In this document: piece after piece, positions 18,582 through 30,031 of the stretch
How the letters are laid out: each line of letters opens with the position of its first letter
Numbering within the stretch: the first letter of the stretch is position 1
Assembly (NCBI GenBank): GCA_963797265.1
Contig: CAWCOY010000005.1
Coordinates: 111,544 to 175,543 of the forward strand
Origin: an uncultured Solirubrobacterales bacterium
GTDB taxonomy: Bacteria > Actinomycetota > Thermoleophilia > Solirubrobacterales > 70-9
Reading direction: 5' to 3'
Length of the DNA stretch: 64,000 bases
Program-made: the position numbers and the translations under genes
The notes under the pieces: generated by a model
Told to the model about the DNA's origin: nothing
What the model saw: only the letters and a program-made list of their open reading frames with translations
Databases searched by the model: none

Positions 18582-19796
18582 GTGCCGAAGATCAAGGTCA
18601 AGAACCCGATCGTCGAGCTGGACGGCGACGAGATGACCCGGATTCTCTGGGCATTCATCAAGGAGCGGCTGATCCTGCCGTACCTCGATGTGGATCTGAA
18701 GTACTTCGACCTCTCGATCGAGAAGCGCGATGAGACCGAGGATCAGATCACGGTCGACGCCGCCAACGCGATCAAGGAGTTCGGGGTCGGCGTCAAGTGC
18801 GCGACGATCACCCCCGATGAGGCACGGGTCGAAGAGTTTGGGCTCAAGGAGATGTACCGCTCGCCCAACGGGACGATCCGCAACATCCTCGGTGGGGTGA
18901 TCTTCCGCGAGCCGATCGTGATCTCGAACATCCCGCGGCTGGTTCCGGGCTGGACGAAGCCGATCGTGATCGGGCGCCATGCCTTCGGCGACCAGTACCG
19001 GGCCACCGACCTGGTGGTACCGGGGGAGGGCGAATTGACCCTGACCTACACGCCGAAGGACGGCAGCGAACCGGTGGAGCTCGACGTCTACGACTTCCCC
19101 GGCGGCGGTGTGGCGATGGCGATGTACAACCTCGACGACTCGATCAGGGACTTCGCCCGGGCCTCGATGCGATACGGCCTCGACCGCGGCTTCCCGGTCT
19201 ACATGTCGACCAAGAACACGATCCTGAAGCGCTACGACGGCCGCTTCAAGGACCTCTTCCAGGAGGTCTACGACTCGGAGTTCAAGGACGAGTTCGAGGC
19301 GAACGACCTCACCTACGAGCACCGCCTGATTGACGACATGGTGGCCGCCGCGCTCAAGTGGGAGGGAGGCTACGTCTGGGCCTGCAAGAACTACGACGGC
19401 GACGTCCAGTCCGACACCGTCGCGCAGGGCTTCGGCTCACTCGGCCTGATGACCAGCGTCCTGATGACCGCCGACGGCCAGACCGTCGAGGCCGAGGCCG
19501 CCCACGGCACGGTCACCCGCCACTTCCGCCAGCACCAGCAGGGCAAGGCCACCTCAACCAACCCGATCGCCTCGATCTTCGCCTGGACCCGCGGCCTCGA
19601 GGCCCGGGGCCGGATGGACGACACACCCGAGGTCAGCGAGTTCGCCGAGACCCTCGAGCGCGTGTGCGTCGAGACGGTCGAGAGCGGGAAGATGACGAAG
19701 GACCTCGCCCTGCTGATCGGCCCCGACCAGGAGTTCCTGACGACGGAGGAGTTCCTTGCGGCCGTCGATGAAAACCTCAGCGCCGCGATGACTTGA
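18582..19796 (+). CDS. icd: NADP-dependent isocitrate dehydrogenase (homodimeric, eukaryote-like type II, ~404 aa)
   Basis: (M)[22 protein letters not shown]... and GTIRNILGG. The GTG start was chosen because it gives the canonical N-terminus. Confidence 0.9.
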   Translation: MPKIKVKNPIVELDGDEMTRILWAFIKERLILPYLDVDLKYFDLSIEKRDETEDQITVDAANAIKEFGVGVKCATITPDEARVEEFGLKEMYRSPNGTIRNILGGVIFREPIVISNIPRLVPGWTKPIVIGRHAFGDQYRATDLVVPGEGELTLTYTPKDGSEPVELDVYDFPGGGVAMAMYNLDDSIRDFARASMRYGLDRGFPVYMSTKNTILKRYDGRFKDLFQEVYDSEFKDEFEANDLTYEHRLIDDMVAAALKWEGGYVWACKNYDGDVQSDTVAQGFGSLGLMTSVLMTADGQTVEAEAAHGTVTRHFRQHQQGKATSTNPIASIFAWTRGLEARGRMDDTPEVSEFAETLERVCVETVESGKMTKDLALLIGPDQEFLTTEEFLAAVDENLSAAMT

Positions 19797-19798
19797 GC

Positions 19799-19839
19799 CC
19801 GGGCGCTTTTTCAACCTCCGCGGACAAAAAAACGCCCGG
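19799..19839 (+). repeat. repeat family 1 copy 1: ~40-nt palindromic element CCGGGCGCTTTTT-(loop with CCTCC)-AAAAAACGCCCGG
   Basis: 12 of 13 arm positions pair. Starts 3 nt after the icd stop. Confidence 0.7.
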
Positions 19840-19869
19840 TATTGCATCGCCGGGGGCCGCCATGTCGAG

Positions 19870-19911
19870 CCGGGGCGCATTTTCAGCCTCCTGGGTCAGA
19901 AAAGCGCCCGG
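19870..19911 (+). repeat. repeat family 1 copy 2 (CCGGGGCGCATTTTC-loop AGCCTCCTGGGTCA-GAAAAGCGCCCGG)
   Basis: Same arms and CCTCC loop as copy 1, with two bulges. Ends 3 nt before the stop of the DUF559 gene. Confidence 0.65.
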
Positions 19912-19914
19912 CGA

Positions 19915-20810
19915 TTAGCGAATGCCCAAGAGCCGGCGCATCCGATCCACGACCACCGCTGGCCGCTTGGTGACGTCGCGCCAGGTGAACCGGATCACCC
20001 GGTAGCCGGCAACCGCAAGGCGGCCGTCCCGGTCGCGATCTGCTTCGAAGGCGCGGAGATTGGCGTGGGTGGCGGCACCATCCACCTCGACCACGAGCCG
20101 AGGTCCGCGCCAGAGAAAATCAACCACGTAGTCGAGTAGCCCGACGTTCACCTCCGGCTGCGGAAACCCGTACTTGCGGCAAAGCGCGAGAAAGCGCTCC
20201 TCGAGTTCGCTGCGGGTCGCGGTCGTCCCGGGGTGATGGCGAGCCAGTAGCGCGCGGAGCGCACGCGAGCCAGGCCGCCGGGTCAGATACGCCACTGCCG
20301 CGAGTTCCTCGGCGGTACAGAGGCGCGCAGCCTCGTCAACCGCGCGTTCCAGCTGCCTACCTCGCAGGGAAGTGGCGAGATCGAGGACGGTCCGTGCCGC
20401 AGAGGTGACTGGAATTCCATCCTGCTCCGTCAGTTCCTCCGGAGGGAGCACCTCGGGACGGTGCACGTTGATTCCCGGGCGTCGCCGACGTCCATTCCTC
20501 CCCGGCACGATCACCTCCACCGGCTGGCAATCCCGTTCACCCCAGATTCCCCAGAGCGCGGCCGCGGAGCGATGGCTGAGAACCGCTCCCTCGCCGATCG
20601 CGAGCAGGGCCGCAATCCATTCGCCCCGCCGCGTCAGCGGCCGGTAGCCGACGGCGTAGACGCCCTGATGCACCTTGGCCATCCAGGCGGAGTAAACGAG
20701 TCGCCTGACCTGACGGTCGGAAAGCCCCAGGGAATAGAGTTGCCCGACCGAGACGACACCGTGCTGGCGCGCCGCGAGGTTCGCGACACCTGCACCGGTC
20801 CGAGGGCGTT

Positions 20811-20832
<22 letters not shown>
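19915..20832 (-). CDS. AbiEi_4-like N-terminal domain + DUF559 (Vsr-like PD-(D/E)xK endonuclease) protein
   Basis: N-terminus LAARQHGVVSVGQLYSLGLSDRQVRRLV and C-terminus VVEVDGAATHANLRAFEADRDRDGRLAVAGYRVIRFTWRDV. Inserted between icd and mdh. Confidence 0.8.
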
Positions 20833-21895
<1,063 letters not shown>

Positions 21896-21901
21896 CCGGC
21901 G

Positions 21902-22252
21902 TTATTCGCCGGGGTGGTAACCCTTGCCCTTGCGCTTGATCCGACCTTCCTTCTGGAGGTCGGGAAGCACCCGGTAGAGGTAATTGGGCGCGTTCAGCTT
22001 CATCTTCTTGCCGAGCTCGGAGACGGTGATCCCCGGGTTCTGCGAGATGATCCTGACCGCCTGGTCGGCTCTGGTTGAGCCGCTGCGCCGGCGCCGCGTA
22101 CTCCTTCCACGCGGCCTGCCGGGTCCGCGCCTGGCCCTGCTCCCGAGTCCTGCGAGAGCGGCCTGGACCTGCTTGCGCTCCTCGTCGAGCTCGCGCAGGC
22201 GGCGCTCGAGCAGCGTCCTTGCCTGATCGACGGTGTTGGAAACCCTTGGCAT
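21902..22252 (-). CDS. small basic winged-helix/HTH DNA-binding protein (hypothetical)
   Basis: 116 aa: N-terminal coiled coil, an Arg-rich linker, then a C-terminal HTH-like ISQNPGITVSELGKKMKLNAPNYLYRVLPDLQKEGRI. Confidence 0.5.
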   Translation of the reverse strand: MPRVSNTVDQARTLLERRLRELDEERKQVQAALAGLGSRARRGPGRPRGRSTRRRRSGSTRADQAVRIISQNPGITVSELGKKMKLNAPNYLYRVLPDLQKEGRIKRKGKGYHPGE

Positions 22253-22281
22253 TCCTTCAAGTCCTCTCTATCGAAATGACA

Positions 22282-22297
22282 GTTACATCACCGTAAC
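22282..22297. promoter_or_regulatory. inverted repeat GTTAC-N6-GTAAC in the AT-richer divergent gap
   Basis: Seen directly between the small HTH gene and the 2-hydroxyacid dehydrogenase gene. Confidence 0.25.
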
Positions 22298-22309
22298 GGT
22301 TAGTTTGAA

Positions 22310-23320
22310 TTGAGTATGAACGTCGGCGATCATCATGAAACGGGTTCCTCCTCGGCTTCGCCTGCGGGGGACCCTCGCATCACTGTGGCGAGGCTGCTGC
22401 TCCCGGCAGGGCTCGAGCCGCTGCGGGAGCGCTACGAGGTCCGGGAGGGCGGTCTCGACGCGACCCGCGAGCGGATCCTGGAGATCGCCCCCGGCGCGAG
22501 TGCGTTCATCTCGGACCCGAGCGTGTCGGTCGATCGAGAGCTGCTGGACGCCTGCGGCGACGGCCTTCGGGTGGTCGCCAACTTCGCGGTCGGCTATGAC
22601 AACGTCGACCTCGACGCCTGCCGGGAGCGCGGCGTGGTCGTCACCAACACGCCTGACGTCCTCACCGAGGCGACCGCCGAGCTGGCGCTGGCCCTCACCC
22701 TCGCGGCCGCCCGCCGGATGAGCGATGCGGAACGCGACCTGCGCGCCGGGAACTGGCGCGGCTGGGACCCCGCCGCCTACCGCGGCGTCGAGATCTGGGG
22801 GTCGACCGTGGGAGTCGTCGGCATGGGGAGGATCGGCCACCGCTACGCACGGCTCGCCCACGGCCTCGGCGCCGAGATCGTCTACGCGGGCCCCTCCGCC
22901 AAGCCGGAGGCGGAGAGCGAGCTCGGCGCCCGGCGACTCGACTTCGAGGAGCTGCTCGAGTCCTCCGACATCGTCAGCCTTCACGCTCCGGCCACCCGGG
23001 AGACGCGGGGGTTGATCGGGGAGCGAGAGCTCGGGCTGATCGGCCCCGGCGGGGTGCTCGTCAACACCTCGCGTGGGCCGCTGGTCGACTCCGAGGCCGT
23101 GGCCGCCGCGCTCGAGAGCGGTGCGCTCGGGGCCGCCGGGCTGGACGTCTACGAGGGCGAGCCCACCGTCCCGCCGCGGCTGCTGGAGGCGCCGCGCTGC
23201 GTGCTCCTTCCCCACATCGGCTCCGCGACCCTGCCCGCCCGCGACGGGATGGCCCGCGCGGTCGCCGATAACGTGATCGCGGTACTTGAGGGGCGGGATC
23301 CGCTAAATCGGGTTGTCTAG
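22310..23320 (+). CDS. D-isomer-specific 2-hydroxyacid dehydrogenase (glyoxylate/hydroxypyruvate reductase-like)
   Basis: NAD fold VGVVGMGRIGHRYARLA and catalytic-region pattern VNTSRG..VD...L...G....AGLDV...EP. Start is either TTG 22310 or ATG 22316. Confidence 0.85.
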   Translation: MSMNVGDHHETGSSSASPAGDPRITVARLLLPAGLEPLRERYEVREGGLDATRERILEIAPGASAFISDPSVSVDRELLDACGDGLRVVANFAVGYDNVDLDACRERGVVVTNTPDVLTEATAELALALTLAAARRMSDAERDLRAGNWRGWDPAAYRGVEIWGSTVGVVGMGRIGHRYARLAHGLGAEIVYAGPSAKPEAESELGARRLDFEELLESSDIVSLHAPATRETRGLIGERELGLIGPGGVLVNTSRGPLVDSEAVAAALESGALGAAGLDVYEGEPTVPPRLLEAPRCVLLPHIGSATLPARDGMARAVADNVIAVLEGRDPLNRVV

Positions 23321-23323
23321 GGA

Positions 23324-23390
23324 CGGCTTCGCCATCAGGCGGCAGCGCTACGGCCGCCCCGCACAAGTCGCTACGGGCTTCGCCCTTCGC
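23324..23390 (+). repeat. short copy of repeat family 2
   Basis: CGGCTTCGCCATCAGGCGGCAGCGCTACGGCCGCCCCGCACAAGTCGCTACGGGCTTCGCCCTTCGC aligns with the reverse complement of 24471-24540. Overlaps the last ~20 nt of the hydroxylase gene. Confidence 0.6.
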
Positions 23391-24024
23391 TCCGACGTGC
23401 AGCGGCCTTGCGCTGCCTCGGCAGCGTTCCCATGATCGCGTCCCAGAGAGGCGAGGAGACACCGAAGCCGTAGCGGTGGTCCTGGAAGTGGTGGCGCATG
23501 TGGTGGGTGCGCAGCCTCTTGCCGAACTTGGTCTTCGGGACGTGATGGTGCAGGTGGTAGTGCATGTAGTCGTAGGTCAGGTAGCCGAGGATGAAGCCCG
23601 AGAAGGCTGGGAAGGCGTGCGGCGTCCCGAACACCAGGACGTAGAGCCCAAGGAAGAGCGCCGCGAGCGGAACGCTGACGGCGGGGGGCATCACGAGCCG
23701 CATCGCGTCGTTCGGATGGTCGTGATGGACGCCGTGGATGATGAAGTGGAGGCGGTCGCCCCCGCGGAACTTCGGCTCCCAATGGAAGAAGAGGCGGTGG
23801 AGCCAGTACTCGGTCAGGGTCCAGATGCCGAGGCCGGCAAGGAACATGAGGACGGTGGTCCCGACGGCCAGGCCCCGGTCGATCCCGAGCCACACTCCGG
23901 CGACCACGACCGGCACGAAGATGATCGCCGGCACCGCCGGATGCACCCGGGAGAAGAAGTCGAGGAAGCGGCTCTCGAACATCGGCGGAGAGGCCGAGAG
24001 CCGGGCTGTCCGCTCATGCGCCAT
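23371..24024 (-). CDS. fatty acid hydroxylase superfamily (sterol desaturase-like) membrane protein
   Basis: Histidine boxes HRLFFH, HGVHHDH and HYHLHHH..HHMRHH, with four hydrophobic helices. Internal ATG (MAHERTARL) chosen as start. Confidence 0.8.
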   Translation of the reverse strand: MAHERTARLSASPPMFESRFLDFFSRVHPAVPAIIFVPVVVAGVWLGIDRGLAVGTTVLMFLAGLGIWTLTEYWLHRLFFHWEPKFRGGDRLHFIIHGVHHDHPNDAMRLVMPPAVSVPLAALFLGLYVLVFGTPHAFPAFSGFILGYLTYDYMHYHLHHHVPKTKFGKRLRTHHMRHHFQDHRYGFGVSSPLWDAIMGTLPRQRKAAARRSEGRSP

Positions 24025-24257
24025 CGGGGCTGATCTTAGCGAGAGCAATTCGAAGGCCGGTGCTTTTCGGTGCTTGCGAAAGTCGTGACCAACCGGTGAA
24101 AAAAGAACAGCGCCATTTGCGAGGTTGTGCCTGACGCACGCCTGCGCAGGTGCCATGATGGCCCCCGGTCGCGAGGAGCTGGAACCCGACGGCCGGACAC
24201 CGAAGCGGGGTCCCGAGACCCCGGGGAGACGAGACTAAGAGAGGATGGGGCCGAACC

Positions 24258-24476
24258 TTGGCTGACGGTCGAGCGCGCAATGCTGCGGTGAGCTGTGAGG
24301 ACTGCTTCTTCCGCCGCCGCGGTCTCTGCGCCCTCGGGTTGGACTCGCCTTGCCCCACCTTCCGGCCGGACACGCCGGACGGCCTGGTCCCGCCACGCCA
24401 GCCGGCGCTGCTGATGCGGGATCGTGCGGGGCGCGCGCCCGAAGCGGCTGCCCGGCCGCTCGCAGTCGGAGCGTAG
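24258..24476 (+). CDS. hypothetical small four-Cys protein
   Basis: 72-aa ORF with CEDCFFRRRGLCALGLDSPCPTFRP (C-x2-C-x8-C-x8-C). TTG start; an alternative GTG lies 30 nt downstream. No family recognised. Confidence 0.4.
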   Translation: MADGRARNAAVSCEDCFFRRRGLCALGLDSPCPTFRPDTPDGLVPPRQPALLMRDRAGRAPEAAARPLAVGA

Positions 24477-24540
24477 GGCGAAGCCCGAAGCGACTTAGGC
24501 GGGGCGGCCGCATGCAGCCGCGGCTGTGTGGCGAAGCCGG
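24471..24540 (-). repeat. short copy of repeat family 2 (inverted relative to 23324-23390)
   Basis: GCGTAGGGCGAAGCCCGAAGCGACTTAGGCGGGGCGGCCGCATGCAGCCGCGGCTGTGTGGCGAAGCCG. Confidence 0.6.
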
Positions 24541-24585
24541 GCAGCAGGGCGGTTATCGTCCCGGCGGGGCAATGGGAACCTCGCC

Positions 24586-25377
24586 TTGAGAATCACCGTC
24601 CTCGGCAAGTCGCCTTCCTGGCAGGACGCCGGAGGGGCCTGCAGCGGCTATCTGATCGAGACCGACGGGACGAAGGTCCTGCTCGACTGCGGCAACGGGG
24701 TGTTCGGCAAGCTCCGCGAGCACGCCGACTACACGGAGGTCGACGCGGTGGTCATCTCGCACCTCCACGCGGACCACTTCCTCGACCTCGTCCCCTTCTC
24801 GTACGCCCTGATCTATGCGCCCAGGCAGCAGCCGGTTCCCGTTCACATCTGGAACGGAACCGATGACCCGGCGCACCCGCGGTTGATCGCGCCGCCGGGC
24901 GCGCAGGAGACCTTCCGCCGGGTCGTCGGGGCCTGGGGCAACGACGACCTGATCGAGAGCGCCTTCCGGATCGAGGAGTACGAGGCGGGCGACCGAGTCG
25001 AAGTCGGCGATGTCTGGTTCGGCTTTCATCCGGTCCCGCACTTCGTCGAGACCTTTGCCGTGCGGATCGGCTCGGAGGGCGGCGGCGAGGTCGTCTACAG
25101 CGCCGACACCCGGCCCGGCGGGGAGATCGTCGATGCGGCCAAGAACGCGGACCTGCTGATCATCGAGGGAACGCTGCCGCGGCCGGAGCGCACGGGCCAC
25201 CGTGGGCATCTCACGCCGGAGGAGGCCGGCGAGCACGCGCGCGAGGCTGGGGCGAAGCGGGTGGTGATCACCCACATCTCGGACGAGCTCGGCGACGAGT
25301 GGGCCCGCGGCGAGGGCGAGAAGGGCTTCGGCGGGCCCGTCGAGATCGCCCGCGAGGGCGCCGTGTACGACGTCTAG
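24586..25377 (+). CDS. MBL-fold metallo-hydrolase
   Basis: ISHLHADHFLDL motif (HxHxDH). TTG start gives MRITVLGKSPSW. Start uncertain. Confidence 0.8.
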   Translation: MRITVLGKSPSWQDAGGACSGYLIETDGTKVLLDCGNGVFGKLREHADYTEVDAVVISHLHADHFLDLVPFSYALIYAPRQQPVPVHIWNGTDDPAHPRLIAPPGAQETFRRVVGAWGNDDLIESAFRIEEYEAGDRVEVGDVWFGFHPVPHFVETFAVRIGSEGGGEVVYSADTRPGGEIVDAAKNADLLIIEGTLPRPERTGHRGHLTPEEAGEHAREAGAKRVVITHISDELGDEWARGEGEKGFGGPVEIAREGAVYDV

Positions 25378-25415
25378 CGGCTTCGCCATCAGATCGCGGC
25401 AGCAAGCGGCCGCTA
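25378..25415 (+). repeat. truncated copy of repeat family 2
   Basis: CGGCTTCGCCATCAGATCGCGGCAGCAAGCGGCCGCTAG matches the first ~37 nt of 23324-23390. Fills the convergent gap and touches the stop of the SDR gene. Confidence 0.45.
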
Positions 25416-26174
25416 GTCGATCAGGGCGCCGGCGCTGACGTTGATGGTCGCCGCGGTCATGCTCCGCGCCTGATCCGAGGCCGCGAAGGCCGCCGTGTTG
25501 CCGACGTCCTCCAGAGTCGCGGCGCGGCCGAGGAGGGTCTGCGCTTCGATCAGCTCGACGATCTCCTGTCCTCCCTCCATCTCCGGAAGCGAGTCCGGCA
25601 CCCCGCCACTCTCCAGAGTTACGACCCGGACGCCGTGCGGCCCGAGCTCGATCGAGAGCCGGCGGCGGAAGCTCTCGATCAGATCGAAGGCCGCCTGCGT
25701 CGCGCCCAGCAGGTAGTCGCGGTCAGGCCCGCTGCGATCGCCCGGTCCGCCGAAGAAGAGGATCGCCCCCGAGCCCTGCTCGATCATCCGGCGCCCGGCG
25801 ACCTTGGAGGTGATGAAGGTCGTTCGCGACGCGACCTCGATCGGGGCCATGTAGTCCTCGACCGCAAGCTCGACCAGCGGCGTGCCATGGGTGTACGGGT
25901 GCGTGATGACGTTCATCGAAACGTCGAGCGAGCCGGCCTCGGCGACGACCTCGGCGGCGTGGCGCTCGACAGCGGACTCGTCGAGCGCGTCCACGATCGC
26001 GGTGCTCGCGCTCCCTCCAGCGGAGCGGATCTCCTCGGCCACGCTCTCCAGCTTCTCCTGCGTGCGACCGCAGAGGAACACCGTGGCCCCCTCGCGCGCG
26101 AAAGCGCGGGCGCAGGCGCCCCCGATGGACCCCCCGCCGCCGTAGATGACCGCCGTCTTTCCTTCCAGCAACAC
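25413..26174 (-). CDS. SDR family oxidoreductase
   Basis: KTAVIYGGGGSIGGACARAFAREGATV Rossmann motif; 253 aa. Confidence 0.9.
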   Translation of the reverse strand: MLLEGKTAVIYGGGGSIGGACARAFAREGATVFLCGRTQEKLESVAEEIRSAGGSASTAIVDALDESAVERHAAEVVAEAGSLDVSMNVITHPYTHGTPLVELAVEDYMAPIEVASRTTFITSKVAGRRMIEQGSGAILFFGGPGDRSGPDRDYLLGATQAAFDLIESFRRRLSIELGPHGVRVVTLESGGVPDSLPEMEGGQEIVELIEAQTLLGRAATLEDVGNTAAFAASDQARSMTAATINVSAGALID

Positions 26175-26200
26175 GTAATGCCTCCTTGGTTCGCGTCCGT

Positions 26201-26229
26201 AATTTGAGACCTGCTGCCGGCCTCGAATT
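26201..26229. promoter_or_regulatory. imperfect inverted repeat AATTTGAG-N13-CTCGAATT upstream of hsp20
   Basis: 7 of 8 arm positions are complementary. Does not match the CIRCE or HAIR consensus well. Confidence 0.2.
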
Positions 26230-26253
26230 CATCGCTGGCTATGGTGTCGGTAG

Positions 26254-26709
26254 ATGACCAGCCAGCGTGATCCATTTGCGGACTTCGCCCGGATGCGCCG
26301 GGAGATGGATGAGCTGCTCGGCGATTTCTGGGACCAGACGGGCCACCGCCAACGCCGGCAGATCGCCGCCTTCGTTCCCCGGGTGGACGTCTACTACTGC
26401 GGCTCGGACGCGCCGGAGAAGGCGGTCGTCAAGGTCGAGCTGCCGGGCATCGAGCTCGAGGCGGTGAACCTCGAGGTCACAGGTCGGACGCTCGTGATCA
26501 GCGGCGAGCGCCCAGTCCGCGACACCGAGGGTCGGACCTACCAGCAGGTCGAACTGCCCTCCGGGCCGTTCCGGCGCGTCGTCGAGCTCTCCGTGGACGT
26601 CAACGCCGAGCAGGCGCAGGCCACCTACGAGGACGGAATCCTCAGGGTGGAGCTGCCAACCCGCGTGCCGCGGCCGGCCCGCCAGGTGCCGATCGAGCGG
26701 GCGGAGTAA
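26254..26709 (+). CDS. Hsp20/alpha-crystallin family small heat-shock protein
   Basis: Alpha-crystallin core PRVDVYY...VKVELPGIE...LVISGER...G.F.R...LP..V......A.Y.DGILRVELP. Confidence 0.9.
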   Translation: MTSQRDPFADFARMRREMDELLGDFWDQTGHRQRRQIAAFVPRVDVYYCGSDAPEKAVVKVELPGIELEAVNLEVTGRTLVISGERPVRDTEGRTYQQVELPSGPFRRVVELSVDVNAEQAQATYEDGILRVELPTRVPRPARQVPIERAE

Positions 26710-26740
26710 CGGGCCGTACGACGGGGAAGGGAATCTGACA

Positions 26741-29173
<2,433 letters not shown>

Positions 29174-29212
29174 TCTCCCCCCTGCACCCTGGAAAACGAT
29201 CTGAGGAGACCC

Positions 29213-29662
29213 ATGGGGGCACAAAGCAGAAGCGCGAAAGCCGGAGATGCCGCCAGGTCCGTGGCGTCGAACCCCTACGTGCGGCGGCTGATCGAGGATG
29301 CGGAGCTTCGCGAGAACATCCGCACCGCGTTCGAAGCGGCGAAGGGCGCGTACGCGCGGATGTCGAACGGCAAGGGACCTGCGAAGGCCCTGATGGACGA
29401 CAAGAAGGTCCAGCGCGATCTGCGCCAGGCGGCCGAGTCTCTGAGGGATGCTTCACAGCAGCTGCGCGGCAAGAGGACAGGCCGCCGGTTCGGGCTCGGA
29501 AAGGCCCTGCTCGTGGCGATCTTCGGAGCGGCCCTGATCCTGATCCTGAGCGAGGACGCGCGCAAGATGGTGCTGGACAAGCTGTTCGGCGCGGAGGAGG
29601 AGTTCGAGTACACCTCGACCACCACTCCGGCGCCAGACACCGAAACGGTTCCGAGCGCCTGA
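29213..29662 (+). CDS. hypothetical protein with one central TM helix
   Basis: 149 aa. GAGGAGA RBS, helical basic N-terminal half, TM helix LLVAIFGAALILIL. Confidence 0.55.
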   Translation: MGAQSRSAKAGDAARSVASNPYVRRLIEDAELRENIRTAFEAAKGAYARMSNGKGPAKALMDDKKVQRDLRQAAESLRDASQQLRGKRTGRRFGLGKALLVAIFGAALILILSEDARKMVLDKLFGAEEEFEYTSTTTPAPDTETVPSA

Positions 29663-29684
29663 CGGCGCACTTACCGGCTTGATC

Positions 29685-29712
29685 GAGGGCGCCCGCGGGC
29701 GCCCTCTTTCGT
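29685..29712. terminator. GC-rich hairpin (GAGGGCGCCC-GC-GGGCGCCCTC) followed by TTT, between convergent genes
   Basis: Perfect 10-nt arms seen directly, of which the inner pairs must open to form a loop. A TTTCGTGT tail follows. Confidence 0.55.
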
Positions 29713-29713
29713 G

Positions 29714-30031
29714 TCAGCGGTTCTGCAGCAGCCCGGAGACCGCCGACGCGAGGCGTCTGCCCTTGGCGGTCAGGCGGTACTCGGCGTGCGGGGGGCGGCC
29801 TGGGATCAGCTCTCGCTCGACGATCCCGGCTGCCTCGAGGTGCTCGAGGCGATCCGAGAGGGTGGTCGGGGAGATTCCCGGAAGCGACTGCCGGAATTCG
29901 TTGAAACGGGCGGCGCCGCTGGAGCAGGCGTAGATCGTGCCCAGCGTCCAGCGGCGCTCCAACAGCTCAGCGACCGAGCGGAGCTCCGAGGGGACGGGCG
30001 AGCAGCTACGACACCGCGGCGACATCCGCAC
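29714..30031 (-). CDS. HxlR family (winged-helix) transcriptional regulator
   Basis: The pattern CPV...L.....RWTL.I......G..RF.EF...L.GIS...LS.RL..LE..G.V.R is present. Its start overlaps the 3' end of lon paralog 2 by ~26 nt. Confidence 0.8.
   Translation of the reverse strand: MRMSPRCRSCSPVPSELRSVAELLERRWTLGTIYACSSGAARFNEFRQSLPGISPTTLSDRLEHLEAAGIVERELIPGRPPHAEYRLTAKGRRLASAVSGLLQNR

Noticed and set aside
26201-26229. CIRCE or HAIR heat-shock operator upstream of hsp20-lon
   Set aside because: The inverted repeat present (AATTTGAG-N13-CTCGAATT) does not match either consensus. It is kept only as a low-confidence feature.
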